This document shows, one piece after another, positions 59,542 to 64,000 of a DNA stretch of 64,000 nt. The translations under genes and the position numbers were made by a program. The notes beneath the pieces are model-generated. The model saw nothing but the letters and a program-made list of their open reading frames with translations. It had not been told where the DNA came from and did not search any database. The stretch comes from a virus. Its lineage: Duplodnaviria > Caudoviricetes. Where the stretch lies: positions 1 through 64,000 of the IMG/VR virus record IMGVR_UViG_3300014039_000022. One strand, written 5' to 3'. Position 1 is the first letter of the stretch; the number at the start of each line of letters is the position of its first letter.

Positions 59542-59549
59542 CAAAGGTA
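59542..59549 (-). promoter_or_regulatory. Bacteroidetes -7 promoter element for the CCC cassette
   Basis: TACCTTTG on the - strand, 44 nt upstream of ATG 59497. Confidence 0.55.
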
Positions 59550-59596
59550 TAAAACGTATTATGGAAAGAATAACGTTACTCAACAAAAACAACAAA

Positions 59597-59625
59597 CCCA
59601 CCCTCGGGCTTCGCCGGGAGTGGGA
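59597..59625 (-). terminator. GC-rich hairpin with T-rich tail
   Basis: Imperfect CCCAC/GTGGG hairpin followed on the - strand by TTTGTTGTTTTTG. Confidence 0.5.
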
Positions 59626-59650
59626 GTCGTTGGCTAGGTTGAGCATCAAG

Positions 59651-60220
59651 CTACTCAACCTTTGTGACGTAGATGTCGACAAGGGTGTCAAGACCGTTAT
59701 TGAGCGCCATCTGAGAATCCCTGGTGCAGAGATATTTCACTCCGTTGTAAGTATAATACTTATCCTTGAATATCTCCATAGGTATGACAAACTCTATAGG
59801 GTCGTCAACAGTGCCTGCAGCCTGCAATTCCACAACCTCGTACAGGGCTGCCGTATCAACCCCCGGGTATTGATTCTCAAGCACAACAGATATATCCTGC
59901 CTTACTCTATATATTTTCTCGGCATATCCTACAAGCTGTCCGGTTTTTAGTGAAGAACCTATGTATTTATCCCAACTATAAATAAGAAGAGGCTTTGATA
60001 ATGCTTGTTTGTCGGTTATGTCAGTCTTTGAATTATAATCATCAAGCAACATGTTTTTAAGTTGTTTGTCTACCGAGTCGACACTGAAATTGTCATCGTT
60101 ATACTCGACCCACCCATCTGAAAGAATCATATCTTTAGTCGGGTTTGTGATTATACATCCGTCACCGTTTATTAATATAAACGACTCATCCTTTACTATT
60201 CCGTTCTTTATATACAGCAT
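59651..60220 (-). CDS. Tail-associated protein with CBM5/12-like repeats
   Basis: W..Y..GQLVGY..IYRVRQ and GT.DDPI..KYYTYNGVKYLCTR patterns. Confidence 0.55.
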   Translation of the reverse strand: MLYIKNGIVKDESFILINGDGCIITNPTKDMILSDGWVEYNDDNFSVDSVDKQLKNMLLDDYNSKTDITDKQALSKPLLIYSWDKYIGSSLKTGQLVGYAEKIYRVRQDISVVLENQYPGVDTAALYEVVELQAAGTVDDPIEFVIPMEIFKDKYYTYNGVKYLCTRDSQMALNNGLDTLVDIYVTKVE

Positions 60221-60241
60221 ATCATTTGATATTTATTTTTT

Positions 60242-61063
60242 TTAATCACTTGGTTTAGGCTCGCCCTCAAAAGCGATACCATTCGGAGAGACAAGAAACT
60301 TCTTTTTAACGCTGTCATACAAGCCATATATATCCTCTCCATTTATTGTGGCAAACATTGGCACCCCGTTAAAAAGGTATTCCCCTGTATCACCATCTTT
60401 TATTGAGAAAGCATACAGTCTAGCCCACGAGCGTACCGTTGTCACATATTCAGACAATGAATAATTATATTCTCTTGGATTGCCGCGGAAATTGACGGCG
60501 AAAAGATAGCACGAGTAATCTGTGCTTTGAGTTTTTATGGACGTGGTTCTGTTTACAATTTTTGAATCACTCCTTAAAACACCGTCACTTGCCACTGTGA
60601 CAGTGTTGTCTTTCAATGACAAATCTATTACATGGCTTACTCCTGTCTCAAGTTGCCCAAACAATGCTATCGGACTATATGAAGCCCTCTCACCAATCCA
60701 CATGCCGGCAACCTTTTTTGTATACATACTGTCATTAGTGCCATAACTGTCACTTCCGGTTGGAAACAACACGCCGAATATCTGCGTAACATTCGCACCT
60801 GTTTGAGTTGAGTTACAACTCCCCATAGCAAAATGCAACACATCGTTTTGCATCCCGGTAATTGAATTGTCTGGATATTTAAACTCTATATGATATATGT
60901 TTTTAGCATTATCAACAACACCCGTATCTATATATGCGCCCGATGCCGGTACGAACACACCGCTTGTACCTCCGTTGGTTATATATAAAGCAGGTTTAAG
61001 TTCGCTCTCGTCTATATAGTCGACTTTGCCGAGCAGTTCCCTTCTTCTAAGTAACGCGCTCAT
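60242..61063 (-). CDS. Putative receptor-binding / lectin-like beta-sandwich protein
   Basis: LRRR N-terminus, YIDTG, YLFAVN, GLYDSV motifs common in Bacteroidetes phage tail proteins. Confidence 0.5.
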   Translation of the reverse strand: MSALLRRRELLGKVDYIDESELKPALYITNGGTSGVFVPASGAYIDTGVVDNAKNIYHIEFKYPDNSITGMQNDVLHFAMGSCNSTQTGANVTQIFGVLFPTGSDSYGTNDSMYTKKVAGMWIGERASYSPIALFGQLETGVSHVIDLSLKDNTVTVASDGVLRSDSKIVNRTTSIKTQSTDYSCYLFAVNFRGNPREYNYSLSEYVTTVRSWARLYAFSIKDGDTGEYLFNGVPMFATINGEDIYGLYDSVKKKFLVSPNGIAFEGEPKPSD

Positions 61064-63162
61064 ACCGCTGATTTGAATTTATTCCATACCACAAGGAATC
61101 CCGCGGTTGTTCTTGTTATATGGAACTCAAAAACATAACCGGCCGAGAGGGACACAGCCTTTCCGTCTGGCCATAAAAGATATGACGGCCACGATACTGT
61201 CGGAGGGGTTGTGCCGATTATAATCTGTATCATATATTCGTGCAAATATGTGACCGTATACCCCGCGGTAATTAAACTTATACTTATCGTTCCTGACGTG
61301 TATCCGGAAGCATCGATTATACTCATGACATTAGGTGTTATACTTACACTCTCATCGCCCCTTATTGTAAGGTGGTTGAAAGACACCTTCTTACTATATC
61401 CGTCAAGACTTTGATGTTTAGTGAGAAATCCGCTGTCATTTGTTAGTTGCGATGTCTTCGTCGGGATTTCCGTCGTATCCGGCAACGCTCCTACCTCTTT
61501 TGCTGTATATGTAGGCTTCGTCGCGGCTTTCGCCCATGCCGGTACAGTAGGGTCTGTCTCTGTATAGTTTTGCAGCGCCGAATCCACCTTTGCCTTATAT
61601 TCATTCGTAAAGTCGTTTGTTGACAATGATTTTCCAGACACTTTGTCAACCTTGTTTGACAACGCTGTATTCACAACCTTGTTCTGCACTGGATTTGTTG
61701 ACGTTGACGACAACGCGGTATCAACCGTGACATTCGTTCCAGCCGATATTGATATATCGCCATCACCAAGCAGAGAGTTGCCGTTTATCGTCTTTATGTT
61801 TTCTCCGCTGACAAGACTGTCCTGCTTGTCGTTTGTAAGTTTTGTCACCTGGTCGTTAACTATCGTAAGACTCTTATCCATAGAGGACGTTTTGCTCTTC
61901 AGACTCGTTATATCGGAATTGATTGAATCGAAGTTTGAGTTAGCTATAGTCTTGTCAATCTTGGCCTCATTCAATGCTGATAAAGCCGAACTCGTGGCAT
62001 ACTCGCCCTTCGGCTGTATACCCAAGGCGTCAAGCGTGTTGTTCCCAGACGCCAGCGTTACATTATTTATCGAAGGCTTGTTAGACAGCTCACCGTAATC
62101 ACTTGTTCCGGAACCCCCGGAAGAAACCATCAAGTCATACGTATTCTTTGACGTGAGGGTCTTCGCGGTCTTGTCTATTGTTATAATCCTTACTGTGCTG
62201 CTTATTTTCCCCGTCTCGCCGAACTCGTCCGTAAAAAGCATATAACGCACATTTCCGTCTCCTCCGTTTGATTCGCTGATATCAGACACTATCAACGTGT
62301 TGATAAAGAAGTTGTTCTCATTTTTGCTTGAGTTATATCCGGCGCTTCCACATGAAGAGTAATCATTGATATTCTTAAAATACGTGTCGTAATATGTAGC
62401 CAAATCACTTCCTGTATCCTTGTTGTAAGCCTCATTGAATCTGGTTAATATTATATCATCAAGCAGAGGCATCCTTTTGTTTATGAGCGACGTATATTTA
62501 TTAAATTCTGTCTTTACGACATCGTTCGCTATTGGATTGCCAGATGACAACATCAAAACGCGGTCAACCTGGCTTTCCTTTATAAACTTGCTATCGTTTT
62601 CGAGTTCGCTTATCTTTGATGGCACAGAGGGTATGTCTGCCTTTCTGGCATAATCATCAAGAGAAGACTTGTCAGCCTTTGAATCCAGCAAAGACTCCGT
62701 GTCTTCCTTTGTATAATATTTTGTGGAATCAAAATTATCTACCGCCTCAATCTTGGCGTCAATCTCCTCCTTTGTGTAGTGTTTTTCAAGTAATTCGGAT
62801 TCAGCGACAAAACCACTGTCATTGCTTAACTGCGAGGTACTATACGGGATATCTGACAATTTGGCATATCCGGAAAGAAAAGAACTTAAATCCTTATATG
62901 TACCGTCGTCAGAAAGAAACAATATGCCCGAACCGTCAACCCTTATGTTTTCCGCCTTGCGTATAGCCTCAATCTGCGCGTCGGATAGTTGCGTACCTTT
63001 TGATTCGCTGACTTGCGGTGTAATCCATTCCAAACCATCGTTGATGAATAACGTATACGTCGAGTCTGTATTCTTTTTAATCCATAGCACATCAGCGTTA
63101 TCAGGTTGCATTTCAGATACAACCACCTCACGCAGTCTCTTTATTTTGTCTTTTACGTTCAT
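61060..63162 (-). CDS. Tail fibre-like protein with repeats
   Basis: Three P-x3-S-x-L-x-NDS-x-F repeats, two SxNP(V/I)xNxVV repeats, KPSINNVTL, LVSGENIKTING. Confidence 0.75.
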   Translation of the reverse strand: MNVKDKIKRLREVVVSEMQPDNADVLWIKKNTDSTYTLFINDGLEWITPQVSESKGTQLSDAQIEAIRKAENIRVDGSGILFLSDDGTYKDLSSFLSGYAKLSDIPYSTSQLSNDSGFVAESELLEKHYTKEEIDAKIEAVDNFDSTKYYTKEDTESLLDSKADKSSLDDYARKADIPSVPSKISELENDSKFIKESQVDRVLMLSSGNPIANDVVKTEFNKYTSLINKRMPLLDDIILTRFNEAYNKDTGSDLATYYDTYFKNINDYSSCGSAGYNSSKNENNFFINTLIVSDISESNGGDGNVRYMLFTDEFGETGKISSTVRIITIDKTAKTLTSKNTYDLMVSSGGSGTSDYGELSNKPSINNVTLASGNNTLDALGIQPKGEYATSSALSALNEAKIDKTIANSNFDSINSDITSLKSKTSSMDKSLTIVNDQVTKLTNDKQDSLVSGENIKTINGNSLLGDGDISISAGTNVTVDTALSSTSTNPVQNKVVNTALSNKVDKVSGKSLSTNDFTNEYKAKVDSALQNYTETDPTVPAWAKAATKPTYTAKEVGALPDTTEIPTKTSQLTNDSGFLTKHQSLDGYSKKVSFNHLTIRGDESVSITPNVMSIIDASGYTSGTISISLITAGYTVTYLHEYMIQIIIGTTPPTVSWPSYLLWPDGKAVSLSAGYVFEFHITRTTAGFLVVWNKFKSAV

Positions 63163-63544
63163 TCCTTATCTTTTTATCGTGTTTATAAACAGCCACGGAC
63201 ATGACCAAACCAAGCGTGACATAGTGTATCATAAGTATGCTGAAGTCCTTTACCGGTATACCGATATAATAATCAATCACGTTGATTATATTATCAATCA
63301 TTATGTAGTAAAGCATAAACCTGTGGTATATGCAGAACCTGAACGCCTTTGACGCGACAAGCATGAAAAGCCACGGTATGAGCGATATCCCTGATACATA
63401 ACTTAAAACACTTGTATCATAACCTAAATACGCTCCGGTCGTGTTAATCATACAGCATATAACCATAGCCGCCGGAGCGTATTTAAGCATTATCACAAAT
63501 AACTTGTTTACTATGTGCGCGTCAAGAATTTTTGATTCGTCCAC
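63128..63544 (-). CDS. Multi-pass membrane protein
   Basis: About four hydrophobic segments; FRFCIYHR motif. Confidence 0.65.
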   Translation of the reverse strand: MDESKILDAHIVNKLFVIMLKYAPAAMVICCMINTTGAYLGYDTSVLSYVSGISLIPWLFMLVASKAFRFCIYHRFMLYYIMIDNIINVIDYYIGIPVKDFSILMIHYVTLGLVMSVAVYKHDKKIRNERKRQNKETA

Positions 63545-63647
63545 CGCTGCAATACTTATTCTTGTTCAACCCAGCCTTTGGCGTCATCGGTTTTGGTCTG
63601 CCTGTAGTCTTTTTCTTCTTGCCTTTTGTTTTTGTCTTTACAGCCAT
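63522..63647 (-). CDS. Small basic protein (41 aa, not in ORF track)
   Basis: ATG 63647 to TGA 63522: MAVKTKTKGKKKKTTGRPKPMTPKAGLNKNKYCSGGRIKNS. Confidence 0.6.
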   Translation of the reverse strand: MAVKTKTKGKKKKTTGRPKPMTPKAGLNKNKYCSGGRIKNS

Positions 63648-63663
63648 AACATTAATGTTTAAC

Positions 63664-64000
63664 CTACTTCTTTTTGGTTTTCTTTAAATTCCTCGCCACC
63701 CATACAACCCAAGCGACGGCGAGAGCCGTCATTATCACGCCGAATATAACCCAACCCCACCACGTAGTAATCAAATCTCTGCCATTACCGAAGTGGAGCA
63801 GCCAGCCTATCACCGCACCGATATGCACAAAGACACAACCAAGCATCGAAGCCACAAAGTCTTTGATGTTAGGAGTGTTGTCATTCATTTCTTTAGCCCA
63901 TGCAAACAACGCCGTCAGTATATATCCCGGAATTGGCAAAAGCAAAACAAGAGACCATGAATATTCCTGTATATTTCCGATTGGCAACGAAAACAAGAAT
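63664..64000 (-). CDS. Membrane protein, 5' truncated by window
   Basis: Several TM segments; frame is open to the window edge. Confidence 0.6.
   Translation of the reverse strand, partial: FLFSLPIGNIQEYSWSLVLLLPIPGYILTALFAWAKEMNDNTPNIKDFVASMLGCVFVHIGAVIGWLLHFGNGRDLITTWWGWVIFGVIMTALAVAWVVWVARNLKKTKKK

Noticed and set aside
61060-63162. CRISPR array or DGR repeat pair
   Set aside because: Repeats are degenerate protein-level fibre repeats; no spaced identical DNA repeats or reverse transcriptase seen in the window.
1-64000. Stop-codon reassignment (TAG/TGA), known in some crassviruses
   Set aside because: Genes up to 7.4 kb are open in code 11, and TAG and TGA terminate genes at sensible positions (e.g. 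9569, 14967, 18047, 31581).

Overview
About 64 kb of a crAss-like (Crassvirales) Bacteroidetes phage genome in the standard genetic code. The major capsid, ring and cargo proteins most resemble the PhiCrAss001/Steigviridae type. The left part (+ strand, 1-18.9 kb) is a replication and metabolism module: SF2 helicase, DnaB helicase split by a group I intron (3753-4921) carrying a LAGLIDADG endonuclease, AAA ATPase, SSBs, primase, nucleases, dUTPase, aspartyl protease, a divergent PolB and a ThyX-like gene. Directly after the primase lies a compact cassette that reads as a complete phage-encoded ubiquitin-like conjugation pathway: Ubl precursor, E2-like, JAB peptidase, E1/ThiF (8997-12380). The middle holds the virion RNA polymerase and a second giant protein on the + strand, converging on the - strand structural module. 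That module comprises a giant cargo protein, cargo C1, muzzle, ring proteins, auxiliary and major capsid proteins, a Cys/Gly-rich cassette and fibre-like genes. The giant virion proteins carry matching Cys-containing terminal motifs. All family assignments come from motif recognition by eye; no searches were run.
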